This document shows positions 50,984 to 60,586 of a stretch of DNA of 64,000 bases, piece after piece. The notes under the pieces were generated by a model. It made no database searches and was not told the origin of the DNA. It saw nothing but the letters and a program-made list of their open reading frames with translations. Every line of letters begins with the position of its first letter. Position 1 is the first letter of the stretch. The position numbers were made by a program, and so were the translations under genes. The stretch comes from Trueperaceae bacterium (GTDB lineage: Bacteria > Deinococcota > Deinococci > Deinococcales > Trueperaceae), in NCBI GenBank assembly GCA_965214405.1, contig OZ243956.1, positions 1,280,001 to 1,344,000 on the forward strand, written 5' to 3'.

Positions 50984-51804
50984 TTCTCTCGCGCCATAGA
51001 GCCGTCGATAAAGCCACCGGGGATACACGCTGGGCGCTGGACGGCAAGCTGCTCCCGGCGAGCTTTTCTTTGGGTGGGCTGCTCGAGCTCCCCCGAGAGT
51101 CCGTCAAACCTTTTTTAGAGCTTTTGCCCGTAAGCGAGACCACCGACGCGCCCCGGCTGGCACCGCTCGAGCCCTCTCACGAAGTTTGGGCGAGCGGCGT
51201 GACCTACGAACGCTCGCGCGAGGCGCGTCGGGCCGAGTCAGGCAGCGACGTGTACGACCTCGTTTACGACGCCGAGCGCCCCGAGCTCTTCCTCAAGTCG
51301 CTCGGCTGGCGCGTCGTGGGCGACGGCGAGCCCGTTCGCATCCGCCGTGACAGCGCCTGGAACGTGCCCGAGCCCGAGCTGGTGCTCCTCTTAAACGCCC
51401 ACGGCGACATCGTCGGCTACACCGCGGGCAACGACGTGTCCTCGCGCGACATCGAGGGGGCCAATCCCCTCTATCTGCCCCAGGCCAAACTCTACAACGG
51501 CTCCTGCGCGCTGGGTCCCAGCCTAGTTCTTGCAGACGCCGACGCATTAAGAGACCTGCCGATTCGGCTCGAGGTCTCCCGCCACAACAGCCTCATTTTG
51601 GATGAGAATATCCGCACCTCACGGATGCACCGCCGCTTAGAGGACTTGGCAAACTATCTCTTCCGCGAACTCTCCTTCCCGCACGGCACCCTGCTGATGA
51701 CCGGCACCGGCCTCGTGCCGCCCGATGACTTTAGCCTCGAGCCCGGCGACCGGGTGCGCGTCACGGTGGGGGAGGTGGGGCTCGAGAACGTGGTGGAGGG
51801 GTAA
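50980..51804 (+). CDS. Fumarylacetoacetate hydrolase family (2-keto-3-deoxy-xylonate dehydratase-like)
   Basis: 'EVWASGVTY', 'AERPELF', 'WNVPEPEL', 'GNDVSSRDIEGANPLYLPQAK'. Confidence 0.88.
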   Translation: MILSRHRAVDKATGDTRWALDGKLLPASFSLGGLLELPRESVKPFLELLPVSETTDAPRLAPLEPSHEVWASGVTYERSREARRAESGSDVYDLVYDAERPELFLKSLGWRVVGDGEPVRIRRDSAWNVPEPELVLLLNAHGDIVGYTAGNDVSSRDIEGANPLYLPQAKLYNGSCALGPSLVLADADALRDLPIRLEVSRHNSLILDENIRTSRMHRRLEDLANYLFRELSFPHGTLLMTGTGLVPPDDFSLEPGDRVRVTVGEVGLENVVEG

Positions 51805-51973
51805 GAGAATTTTCCGGTAACCGAGCCGTCCAGGGGTGACAGAAGAACGCCCCGTGTGCTACGCTCCCATAGTTCACGCCCGCTGCTGTTAAAGAGAGGC
51901 TTGGTAGCTTCTTTCTAGAGGCCGTGACGCTCGTCTGCTGACAACCCAGCCTAACGGTTGTCCAAAGGAGGTC

Positions 51974-52051
51974 ATGATGGTTCACAACAAAAGCGTTCGT
52001 GTCATCTGTCTCCCCGCTGTGCTTCACGCTGTACCCGCTACAGCAAGCTGA
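51974..52051 (+). CDS. Putative 25-aa leader peptide of the GNAT operon
   Basis: SD AAAGGAGGT; MMVHNKSVRVICLPAVLHAVPATAS; extended -10 TGcTACGCT at 51857-65. Confidence 0.45.
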   Translation: MMVHNKSVRVICLPAVLHAVPATAS

Positions 52052-52156
52052 GACAGAAACCGCGTAAAAATCCCTCACAACTTTATAGTTCGTGCTTTTC
52101 CCCAAAGCGCGCCTTTGGCGTGGAGGAGCGCGCAAGCTCAGCCTAAAGGAGCGTCT

Positions 52157-53086
52157 ATGCACGTTCGCCCTTTTCAGGAGCAGGATTACAGCCCTTTTGT
52201 GGCGCTTTACAATCTCGTCCATCCATCCGCGCCCATTACCGAAGCTGAGGCGCGTCACTTCGACACGTCGCGTCAAGAGGATTTACTCGTTAACGACGTG
52301 CTCGAGACCCGCGGCGAACTCGTCGGGGCGCTATGGGCGCTTCAAGATGGGACGCGGGTGCAGTTGGACCTTCTTTTGCATCCGGAAGGGGACGCCGCAG
52401 GGAGAGACATCCTTTACAGGGCGGCGCTCGAGCAGCTTTCAACTCACCGACCCCGTACCATTGTCACGCGCGTGCGCGAGGATGAGATTGGGTGGCTCGA
52501 GTTCTATAGGGCGGCGGGGTTTGTGGAGCTCGAGCGCCAGTGGGAGTCGCGCCTGAACGTCACAACTTTCGACCCCGCGCCCTTTGTGTGGGCATCCCAA
52601 AAAGCCGCTCAAGCGGGCGTCACCTTTACGACGCTCGCTGATAAGCTCGAGGACGAGACGACGCAGCGGCTTCTTTACGACATCACCGTCGAGCTGCTTC
52701 AAGACGTTCCTTTTGCCCAGCCTAAGGCCGTCTGGCCCTTTGAGGTGTGGCTCGAGCGCTCGCTAAACAACCCGATGCGCGACCCGGCAGGCTCTTTTCT
52801 CGCCTTTTCGGGTGACGACCTCGTCGGCGTGAGCGAACTCTACCGGACGCAAAACCCGGCAAGCCTCAAAACCGGCATCACCGGCGTCAGAAAAGCGCAC
52901 CGACGCAAGGGCGTCGCGCAGACTTTGAAGTTAAACGCGGCGGCCTACGCCAAAGCGGTAGGCGCTGCGGAAATCATCACCACGAACCACACGACAAACC
53001 GCCCGATGCTCGCCATCAGCGAGGCAATGGGTTTTGTTAAAGACCCCGCCTGGATTACGCTGCAAAAAATTGAGGTAACCATATGA
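52157..53086 (+). CDS. Tandem-domain GNAT acetyltransferase
   Basis: 'TGITGVRKAHRRKGVAQTLK', 'NRPMLAI..AMGF'. Confidence 0.88.
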   Translation: MHVRPFQEQDYSPFVALYNLVHPSAPITEAEARHFDTSRQEDLLVNDVLETRGELVGALWALQDGTRVQLDLLLHPEGDAAGRDILYRAALEQLSTHRPRTIVTRVREDEIGWLEFYRAAGFVELERQWESRLNVTTFDPAPFVWASQKAAQAGVTFTTLADKLEDETTQRLLYDITVELLQDVPFAQPKAVWPFEVWLERSLNNPMRDPAGSFLAFSGDDLVGVSELYRTQNPASLKTGITGVRKAHRRKGVAQTLKLNAAAYAKAVGAAEIITTNHTTNRPMLAISEAMGFVKDPAWITLQKIEVTI

Positions 53087-53979
53087 ACCCATATCCTTAC
53101 GCAGGTGAGCATGATTTACAAGAAATGCAGGCGCTTCTTACCGACGTAAGACCCCAAAAGTATCTCTACGACCATCCGAGCGCCACCGACTTGCACGAAC
53201 TGCTTCTTATAACCGGAATTTGTGACAACACCGCTCTGTGGCGGGGCGAGGACGGAGAGCTTCTCGCGTATGCGTTGGTGGATGTGCGCTACCGGAATAT
53301 TCACTTTGAAATAAAACCAGGTAGTGAAGATACGCTCGCACCCTCCATTTTTTCTTGGGGTGAGGCGTGCATTCATGAACACAGCAAAGACGGTTTAACG
53401 CTCGATACTGCCTGCCCCGGTGACTATATGGAACGCGTCACTCTGTTAAAACGCCACGGCTTTACCGAACAAGAGGAGAAGACGCTGCGGTTGACACGCG
53501 ACTTAGCTCAGCCCTTTGAAAAGCCAAGCTTGCCGGAAGGATTCACGATTCGCCCGCTCGGTAGTCATGAAGCCGCCGAGGCTGTGGCGCTCCACCGCGC
53601 CGCTTTTGGCACGGAGTTTTTCACCCTCGAGGAACGCCGCGCCATCATGCAAAGCCCCGACTACGACCCGACGCTCGACCTGGTGGTGGTCGCGCCGGAC
53701 GGCACGCTCGCCGCGAGTTGCGTCGCCGAAGTAGCTGATGACCTTGGCTTTACCGACCCCCTGAGCACCCATCCTAACTATCAGCGTTTGGGGCTGGCTC
53801 GAGCCCTCCTCCTCACCGCCTTTGCCACCCTCAAAGAACGCGGCGTTGCGCGCGCGGCGCTCTCCACGAGCAGCACCAACCACGCCGCGCTCAAGACGTT
53901 TGCGTCTGTCGGTTTCCAGACCGAGTGGTCAAAAAGCTGGTTCGAGAAACCCATTTCCAAAGAGGACACAGAACTATGA
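53083..53979 (+). CDS. GNAT acetyltransferase
   Basis: 'STHPNYQRLGLARALL', 'NHAA..TFASVGF'; ATGA overlap. Confidence 0.88.
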   Translation: MNPYPYAGEHDLQEMQALLTDVRPQKYLYDHPSATDLHELLLITGICDNTALWRGEDGELLAYALVDVRYRNIHFEIKPGSEDTLAPSIFSWGEACIHEHSKDGLTLDTACPGDYMERVTLLKRHGFTEQEEKTLRLTRDLAQPFEKPSLPEGFTIRPLGSHEAAEAVALHRAAFGTEFFTLEERRAIMQSPDYDPTLDLVVVAPDGTLAASCVAEVADDLGFTDPLSTHPNYQRLGLARALLLTAFATLKERGVARAALSTSSTNHAALKTFASVGFQTEWSKSWFEKPISKEDTEL

Positions 53980-54932
53980 ACATCCGACCCTTTGACTTTT
54001 CCCCACAAGATTACGACGCCGTGGCCGACATCTGGAACGCGGCCTATCCCGACCAAAGAAGCAGCGCCGAAGAGATTCGCAAGCGTGACGAGACGCGTCC
54101 TGAAGAGATTCTCATGCGGCGCTTTATCGCGGAGGTGCAAACCCCCATAAGCTTCGGCGTCTTTCTGAACTCCCAGGACACCTACGACCCGCAAAAGTTC
54201 TGGCTCACGCTGACGCTACGCCCCGAGCACCACGGTAAGGGTCACGGACGAGGGCTCTATAACCATCTTCTGAGAGAACTCGAGCCCTTCCGCCCCACCG
54301 AGCTTTTCGCCTGGTCGAGAGAAGATTGGGCGAGGCAGACGCGCTTTTTCTTGGATAGGGGTTTTGAAGAGAAGATGCGCGCTTTCGAGTCGCGTTTGGA
54401 CGTGGCGAGTTTTGACGCCACACCCTACGAGGGATTGGAGGCGCGTTTGGCGGCGGAGGGGATAGAGATAAAAGATTTGGGCGAGCTCGAGCACATCCCC
54501 GACTACAGGCGCAAAATCTACGACCTCCACACCACCTTAGACGCCGACGTGCCGATGATGGGCACCTACACGCCGCCGTCGTTCGAAAGCTTTGTAAAGA
54601 CGCACTTCGAGGACGAACGCCTCATCAAAGGCAGCTTTGTCGTGGCGACCCAAGGAGACGCGTTTATAGGGATGAGCGAACTTTATCCTTCCGAGGCCGA
54701 CGCCGACCTCCACACCGGCCTCACCGGGGTGAGACGCGAAGCGCGGCGCAAGGGGGTGGCGCTGGCGATGAAAGTGCGCGGTATAGAGTTTGCCAAGCGT
54801 CACGGCGCGTCGGCGGTACGCACCTGGAACGCGTCGCACAACCCGATGCTGTTAATCAACGAGCGCTTAGGCTTTCAAAAGCAGCCCGCCAGCATCGACT
54901 TCGCCAAAGTTTTGGAGGACGCGCCGCAGTGA
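53976..54932 (+). CDS. Tandem-domain GNAT acetyltransferase
   Basis: 'RPEHHGKGHGRGLY', 'TGLTGVRREARRKGVALAMK', 'NPMLLINERLGF'; ATGA overlap. Confidence 0.88.
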   Translation: MNIRPFDFSPQDYDAVADIWNAAYPDQRSSAEEIRKRDETRPEEILMRRFIAEVQTPISFGVFLNSQDTYDPQKFWLTLTLRPEHHGKGHGRGLYNHLLRELEPFRPTELFAWSREDWARQTRFFLDRGFEEKMRAFESRLDVASFDATPYEGLEARLAAEGIEIKDLGELEHIPDYRRKIYDLHTTLDADVPMMGTYTPPSFESFVKTHFEDERLIKGSFVVATQGDAFIGMSELYPSEADADLHTGLTGVRREARRKGVALAMKVRGIEFAKRHGASAVRTWNASHNPMLLINERLGFQKQPASIDFAKVLEDAPQ

Positions 54933-54939
54933 CGCCGCA

Positions 54940-55164
54940 GTGACCACCGACCAGCGCGGCTATTTGGATACAGAACCCTTTGAGTATCAGAGGGGCAAAG
55001 ACGGCAGGATTTTTCTTTTTTGGGAAGGGAGAAGGGTCAAGGTTTTGAAGGGCAAGGAGGCCGAAAAGTTTTCGAACAAGATCGGCGCGTTGGACGCGAA
55101 GGGCGCGCAGGTGTTGATGGCGAAACTTACAGGGAACTTCAAAAGGGGTAACGAACGACTTTGA
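54940..55164 (+). CDS. Small hypothetical protein
   Basis: 74 aa ending 'MAKLTGNFKRGNER'; 7 nt after the last GNAT gene. Confidence 0.65.
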   Translation: MTTDQRGYLDTEPFEYQRGKDGRIFLFWEGRRVKVLKGKEAEKFSNKIGALDAKGAQVLMAKLTGNFKRGNERL

Positions 55165-55336
55165 AACGGTTCCGAGTAGGCGGTGCGGGGTTGAAGGGAG
55201 GGTTGACACTGTTCACCGTCCGCCTATATTTATGGAATCACTGTAGTAGGGGCGTGTGTCTCGAGCCTCGCAAAGCCTCATATTTGAGACAAGCTGGTCC
55301 AGAACCGACGAGACTAGCACATCCAGGGGGAAACTG

Positions 55337-55600
55337 ATGAGCGATTTTGAGAGCGACCCAAGCAGAGACTTACCAACGCCCGCCGACGTACCAACGCCGA
55401 CGGAGCCGCCCATCGACGAACCGAGCGAGAGTCCGCCCGCCGAGGTGCCCGACAGGAGACCGGAGGACGAGCCGGACATCAAGCTGCCGGAGCAGCCCAA
55501 CAGAGACGACCCGATGGATTCACCCGACCGAGAAACGCCCGAGGAGGAAGCGCCGGACGAGCGGTTGCCGGGACGGGAAGATAGAAGGTACGCGGACTAA
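55337..55600 (+). CDS. Small Pro/Asp/Glu-rich disordered protein
   Basis: SD GGGGG, ATG 55337; PTEPPIDEP/PPAEVPD-type low-complexity sequence. Confidence 0.6.
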   Translation: MSDFESDPSRDLPTPADVPTPTEPPIDEPSESPPAEVPDRRPEDEPDIKLPEQPNRDDPMDSPDRETPEEEAPDERLPGREDRRYAD

Positions 55601-55729
55601 GCTGCGCCAATATTCGCTGTTTATAAATGCGCTTAATTTCATAACGGACGCAACAAGACCAGCGCTTCGCAATCTCCTTACTTCCACCTTCTTACTCCTC
55701 TCGCTCAGCACCCACCACAGGAGCGCACT

Positions 55730-56653
55730 ATGCTGAATAAGACAATGTCCTCCAACAACGGCTTGCTTGAATCAGTCGCTCGAGGCGTAACGCGCCTGCC
55801 CATCGTGTTTGTGAACGCATATTTTGTGGACGGTCCGAGAGGGTCGTGGTTTTTGGTGGACACGGGTCTGCCGGGTTTTGCCGCCGTCATCAAAAGCGTG
55901 GCGACCGCGCGCTACGGCACCAGACCGCCCGAGGCCGTCCTCCTGACGCACGGGCACTTCGACCACGCGGGCTCGGCGCTCGAGCTCTCCAGGGCGTGGG
56001 ACGCGCCTATCTACGCGCATGAGCTCGAGCTTCCCTACCTCACGGGTTTGTCGGACTACCCGCCGCAAGACCCGACCGTGGGCGGCGCGATTGCGATGAT
56101 GTCGCGGGCGTTTCCCCATTCCGGCTACGACTTCGGGAAGCGGGTCCGGGCGCTACCCGACGACGGCGGCGTGCCGGGTCTGCCCGAGTGGACGTGGCTC
56201 CACACGCCGGGCCACACCCCCGGCCACGTCTCGTTCTACCGGGAGCGCGACAAAACGCTTCTTGCGGGCGACGCCTTTGCGACGATGAATTTGGACTCGT
56301 GGCGCGCTCAGGTGACGCACGCGCGCCGCATAAGCCTGCCGCCCACGCCGTTTACACCCGATTGGGAAGCGGCCAGAGGGAGCGTCGAACGCTTGACGGA
56401 CCTCCGCCCCACCACGGTCGCCGCCGGACACGGCCAGGCGATGGCGGGGCCTGCGCTCACGCCCAGGTTGCAGCTTTTCGCCCGTACATTTTCACCGCCC
56501 GCCCACGGTCGCTATGTGGGGCACCCGGTACGGGCTGATGAACGTGGTGTGGTGGCACTTCCTCCGCCTGTGCCCGACCCTTTTCCGAAATGGGCTTTGG
56601 GCGCGGCGCTCGTTGTCGTGGGCGCTCTGGCGTTGGCCCGGCGTCGGAAGTAG
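55730..56653 (+). CDS. MBL-fold metallo-hydrolase with C-terminal membrane anchor
   Basis: 'VDTG', 'THGHFDH', 'TPGHTPGH', 'AGDA'; C-terminal hydrophobic segment followed by RRRK. Confidence 0.9.
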   Translation: MLNKTMSSNNGLLESVARGVTRLPIVFVNAYFVDGPRGSWFLVDTGLPGFAAVIKSVATARYGTRPPEAVLLTHGHFDHAGSALELSRAWDAPIYAHELELPYLTGLSDYPPQDPTVGGAIAMMSRAFPHSGYDFGKRVRALPDDGGVPGLPEWTWLHTPGHTPGHVSFYRERDKTLLAGDAFATMNLDSWRAQVTHARRISLPPTPFTPDWEAARGSVERLTDLRPTTVAAGHGQAMAGPALTPRLQLFARTFSPPAHGRYVGHPVRADERGVVALPPPVPDPFPKWALGAALVVVGALALARRRK

Positions 56654-56715
56654 GGCTTCGGCTCGAGCCGCACCCGCTCATACCCTTGATTGAATCTACC
56701 CATAACAACACGCTC

Positions 56716-56776
56716 TTGACGCCATCAGTACATAGGGATACTATATACTTGTTTAAGTACCTAGACATCCTATGGA
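56716..56776 (+). promoter_or_regulatory. PadR promoter with two palindromic operators
   Basis: TTGACG-17bp-TACTAT; TACATAG-n5-CTATATA (56729-47) and TACCTAG-n5-CTATGGA (56758-76). Confidence 0.65.
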
Positions 56777-56780
56777 GGTG

Positions 56781-57110
56781 ATGATGGACGGCAATTTATT
56801 GCGGGGCAACCTCGAGCTCATCCTGCTCGCCATTTTGGAAAACGGCCCCAAGTACGGCCTCGAGATTATTGGTGAGGCGAGAAGTCGCACGGAAGGCTAC
56901 TTCGATTTCAAGGAAGGAAGCCTCTACCCCGCGCTGCACCGGCTCGAGAAAGCCAAATTCGTCAAAGCCGCGTTCGCTCCGTCTGACAGCGGCGGACCCC
57001 GCCGCCGTTACTATCACCTAACCGACGCCGGGGTGCGGCGGCTCGCGGAAAAACGCGGGGAGTGGGAAACGTTCAACAGCGCGGTGAGAGCGCTCTGGGA
57101 GGCGAGATGA
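56781..57110 (+). CDS. PadR-family transcriptional regulator
   Basis: 'LLRGNLELILL', 'YGLEI', 'EGSLYPALHRLE', 'RRYYHLT'. Confidence 0.93.
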   Translation: MMDGNLLRGNLELILLAILENGPKYGLEIIGEARSRTEGYFDFKEGSLYPALHRLEKAKFVKAAFAPSDSGGPRRRYYHLTDAGVRRLAEKRGEWETFNSAVRALWEAR

Positions 57111-58300
57111 GCCACAAGGACAATAAAGAGACGGACCACCGAGCGCAGAAAGAGCAGTATGTGCGCCTGGCGACGCGCGGGCTTTGGGGGCGCAGGCGGC
57201 TCGAGGTCAAAGAGGAACTCATGACGCATATCGAAGACCGCACGACCGTTCACCGAATAGCCGGGATGCGCGAGGGGGACGCGCTCGAGCGCACGCTTCA
57301 AGAACTCGGTCACCCGAGAGAAGTTAGAGAGGGCATGGTGCAGCTTTATACGCTGCCGACGCTGCTCGGGTCGGGCGCGCTGCTCGCCTCGGTGTGCGCC
57401 GTCTTGGTGGTGCTGTTCTCGAGCAGCTTGGCGCAGACGCTCTCGACCACTGACCGCTTTCCCTCAGCATTTTGTTTCGAAACCCAGTACAGTGTGGACG
57501 CACCTTCACCGTTTTGCTACCCAGGGCTTTGGACCAACGTGGAGGCGCTTAAAGACGTGCTCGAGCCGCAAGGTGTAGGCGTGTCTTATGGGGATTTTGT
57601 CCTGAAGCTGGCGTTTTCCGATGGCTCTCAAGCTAAGTCAGTCAACCTCAATCTCTACACCCGCTTTTTTCTTAACGAGAATATGGCCGAGTTCCCCGCT
57701 GAGTATCAGGCACGTCCCGGTTATGTTCCAGTGTGGGGCCTGCTCGAGCAAATCATCTTAGGGTCAGACGTAGAGGTTGAGATTAAAGGCTGGCCCAACC
57801 CACGCATCGCGCTAAACGGTGCCTCGTTTGAGTTAGGCACCAAAGGCGGGTCTGAGGGAAGAGAGCTTTATCAAACATATCTCTCTGACGTTCTGTTTGA
57901 CAGTTTAGTTTCACCTGCGAGTGCTTATCAAGTCTACGTTTTGTCCACACCCCCCTCTTTTGGTCCCACCGTCGATGAAAACCTCCTCCACACACAACGC
58001 TTCGACCTTGCAGCTAGGACTCAGGATGTATATGGTGTGATTGTCGTGATAAAAGGTCCTGAATCTCTCTTGCCCGGCGCAGCGCCTTATCGGGAGGATG
58101 AACTGACCTTCTTTACAAACGTCGCCCCGGCGGACGCTGACGGTACGGTCGCCTTACAGCTTCCCAAAGAGCCGGTCACCTTTGTAGATAAGCTCCCCGT
58201 TCAGCCGGAAGTGGGCACGGCAATTCTTGTACGTCTTACAGGTGAGGCGAGCGAGGGCAGCTTTGGCTATGAAATCGTTTCACCTGAGAGGCTTCGTTAG
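57107..58300 (+). CDS. Permease-prefix (HAAS-type) domain, single TM and large extracytoplasmic domain
   Basis: 'YVRLATRGLWG..R.EVKEEL..HIED', 'LQELGHP', then TM; ATGA overlap with padR. Confidence 0.75.
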   Translation: MSHKDNKETDHRAQKEQYVRLATRGLWGRRRLEVKEELMTHIEDRTTVHRIAGMREGDALERTLQELGHPREVREGMVQLYTLPTLLGSGALLASVCAVLVVLFSSSLAQTLSTTDRFPSAFCFETQYSVDAPSPFCYPGLWTNVEALKDVLEPQGVGVSYGDFVLKLAFSDGSQAKSVNLNLYTRFFLNENMAEFPAEYQARPGYVPVWGLLEQIILGSDVEVEIKGWPNPRIALNGASFELGTKGGSEGRELYQTYLSDVLFDSLVSPASAYQVYVLSTPPSFGPTVDENLLHTQRFDLAARTQDVYGVIVVIKGPESLLPGAAPYREDELTFFTNVAPADADGTVALQLPKEPVTFVDKLPVQPEVGTAILVRLTGEASEGSFGYEIVSPERLR

Positions 58301-58422
58301 TCCGCCAAAGAGAAGCGAGAGGGTGAGGCTCGGGTGTAGGTAAGGGTGTAAGCAAAGCAGCAAAAGCTCGAGCCCTCCCCTCACCATCGACCTCATAAAA
58401 ATTAACCTCGTACAATAGCCCC

Positions 58423-59625
58423 ATGCCCACCCCCCACTTCACCCCCCAAGACCCCGCCTTTATTGCCGACCCCTACCCCACCTACGCCCGGCTGCGCCGC
58501 GAAGCGCCCATCTTTTATTACGAACCGTGGGGCAAGTGGATTCTGACGGCTTACGAGGACGTAAACGCGCTCCTGCGAGACAAGCGGCTCGGGCGGGTGC
58601 CAGGTAATAATGAACAAGGGACGCCCAACCCGGCGCACGCACCCTTCGACGCAGTTCAGGAGGGCTCGCTTTTAGAAATTGAACCGCCCGACCACACCCG
58701 CGTGCGGGGCGCGGTCCACGCGGCCTTTACGCCGCGGCACGTGCGGGCGCTCTCTGGGCGCGTTGAGGCGCTTTGTGAGGCGCTTGTGGCGGGGCTGCTC
58801 GAGCACCCCACCCGCGAAACGGACCTCCTCAAAGCTTTTGCCGAACCCCTACCCGTGACGGTCATCGCGGATTTACTCGGTGTACCCGAAAAGGACCGGC
58901 ACAAGCTCCTGCCCTGGTCAAAGGCCATCATCGGCATGTTCGAGCCTCTACGCACGCCCGAGGCGGAGGCGCGGGCGGTAGAGGCTGCGGGGGCTTTCTC
59001 CAGTTACGTGCGCGCGCTCATGGAACAAAAACGCGCCACGCCCGAGGACGACCTCATCAGCCGGATGGTGAGCTTGCACGACGCGGACCCCGACGCTTTG
59101 AACGAAGGGGAGGTGGTCGCCAACTGCATCTTGTTTCTCAACGCGGGCCACGAGGCGGTCGTCAATGTGATCGGCAACGGGCTGCGGGCGCTCCTCACGC
59201 ATCCTGAAGCGTTGGCGAGGGTGCGCGGTAACCCTGCGCTCATCCCCGCGGCGGTCGAGGAGATGATGCGTTATGACACGCCCTTGCAGTTTTTTGAACG
59301 GTTTGTGCTCGAGGACCTCATCCACAAGGGTCACGTTTGGCCGCGCGGCACCAAACTCTGCCTCTTCTACGCCGCCGCCAACCGCGACCCCGCCGTATTT
59401 GATGAGCCCGAGACTTTCGACGTGAGCCGCGACCCTAACCCGCACCTCGCGTTCGGTCTGGGCCTCCACTACTGCATCGGCGCGCCGCTGGCTCGTTTGG
59501 AACTCCAGAGCGCGCTCCGCGTCTTGCTAATGCGCCTGCCGGAGTTGCGCTTGATGTCTCAGAGGCTCGAGGTTGAGCCCAAAAACGTGTTTCGCTATCT
59601 CAAAGCGTTACGAGTTTCTTACTGA
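58423..59625 (+). CDS. Cytochrome P450
   Basis: 'EPPDHTRVR', 'AGHEA', 'EEMMRY', 'FGLGLHYCIG'; TACAAT-N6-ATG. Confidence 0.96.
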   Translation: MPTPHFTPQDPAFIADPYPTYARLRREAPIFYYEPWGKWILTAYEDVNALLRDKRLGRVPGNNEQGTPNPAHAPFDAVQEGSLLEIEPPDHTRVRGAVHAAFTPRHVRALSGRVEALCEALVAGLLEHPTRETDLLKAFAEPLPVTVIADLLGVPEKDRHKLLPWSKAIIGMFEPLRTPEAEARAVEAAGAFSSYVRALMEQKRATPEDDLISRMVSLHDADPDALNEGEVVANCILFLNAGHEAVVNVIGNGLRALLTHPEALARVRGNPALIPAAVEEMMRYDTPLQFFERFVLEDLIHKGHVWPRGTKLCLFYAAANRDPAVFDEPETFDVSRDPNPHLAFGLGLHYCIGAPLARLELQSALRVLLMRLPELRLMSQRLEVEPKNVFRYLKALRVSY

Positions 59626-59689
59626 CCTTGTTTGCTACGGGGCACATGCAGCGTAGGAAACTTCTCAAACACAAAAGCGTCGCCCAAGC

Positions 59690-60022
59690 TCACAGCCCCA
59701 GGTGCGTCCGTAACTTTTCGTCAAGCTCGAGCCGCAACTTTTCAGTGATTGAACCCAGACAACCCGTTAAGCGTGTCCGGTTGAGCCCGCGCACGTAGTT
59801 GAGCTGCACCTTGCTTTTTTCTTTGAGCCCGCAACACGCGACCGGAAGCAGAACGTCAAAGGGGTAAAGGCGCGCGGTGTTACTGGTAATAGGAGCAACC
59901 ACCAGATGAGGCAAGTGGTGGTTGGCGTCATTGTTCGTCAAGATGACGGCAGGTCGGCTAAAGGCAGGCTCACCTTTGACACTGGGTTCCCAGTCCACGC
60001 GGTAGATGTCGCCACGCTTCAC
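59690..60022 (-). CDS. PemK/MazF-family toxin
   Basis: 'KRGDIYRV', 'RPAVIL', 'VVAPITS'; GTGA overlap with the antitoxin. Confidence 0.9.
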   Translation of the reverse strand: MKRGDIYRVDWEPSVKGEPAFSRPAVILTNNDANHHLPHLVVAPITSNTARLYPFDVLLPVACCGLKEKSKVQLNYVRGLNRTRLTGCLGSITEKLRLELDEKLRTHLGL

Positions 60023-60258
60023 CTTTCCTCCACCGGTAAGTCGAGCCAAGTTTCCGCTTCCTCTTGCAGGTCTCGAGAAGCTGCATAGTCAGCGGCAAAC
60101 TGCTCGTAACCCGCGACAAGACTTTGCTTTTTGAGCGCTTCGACCGCCGCCTCGACGGTGGCGCTAAAGGTGGCTAAACCCTCGCTGCGCTGATAGTCCC
60201 TAAGAAACTCATAAGCCGATTTGGGCAGGGTGATGTGTTTTCTTAGTGGGGTTTCCAT
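60019..60258 (-). CDS. Cognate antitoxin
   Basis: 79 aa upstream of and overlapping the toxin; acidic C-terminus; TGnTAAACT-N7-ATG. Confidence 0.75.
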   Translation of the reverse strand: METPLRKHITLPKSAYEFLRDYQRSEGLATFSATVEAAVEALKKQSLVAGYEQFAADYAASRDLQEEAETWLDLPVEER

Positions 60259-60586
60259 AGCTCACAGTTTAACACACCGCTTGTGGGTAGCTACTTCACT
60301 ATGATTGACCAGGGCTGACGCATCTAGTCTTGGCTCTTTTCAGAAGCGTGTCCGGCACGCATAAATCAGCTCTCTCGTAAGATAAAGTGACAGCTCACCG
60401 CACTAAACAATGATCCCCCCGCTCCATCTTCTCTGGCCTAAAAGCCTTTTACCCTTGCCTTCAGTCTCCCCTACTACTTAACCTTTTCACCTGAGCATTC
60501 GCGCACCATAGGTCATTTCGCAATATCACTGTACGATTAATTACAATATTGACATCTTGACGCGGCGCGTGTCGTACACTTTAAGG

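Noticed and set aside
54922..54943. 11-bp direct repeat CGCCGCAGTGA x2 at a gene junction (possible target-site duplication)
   Set aside because: No transposase or terminal inverted repeats; most simply a local duplication
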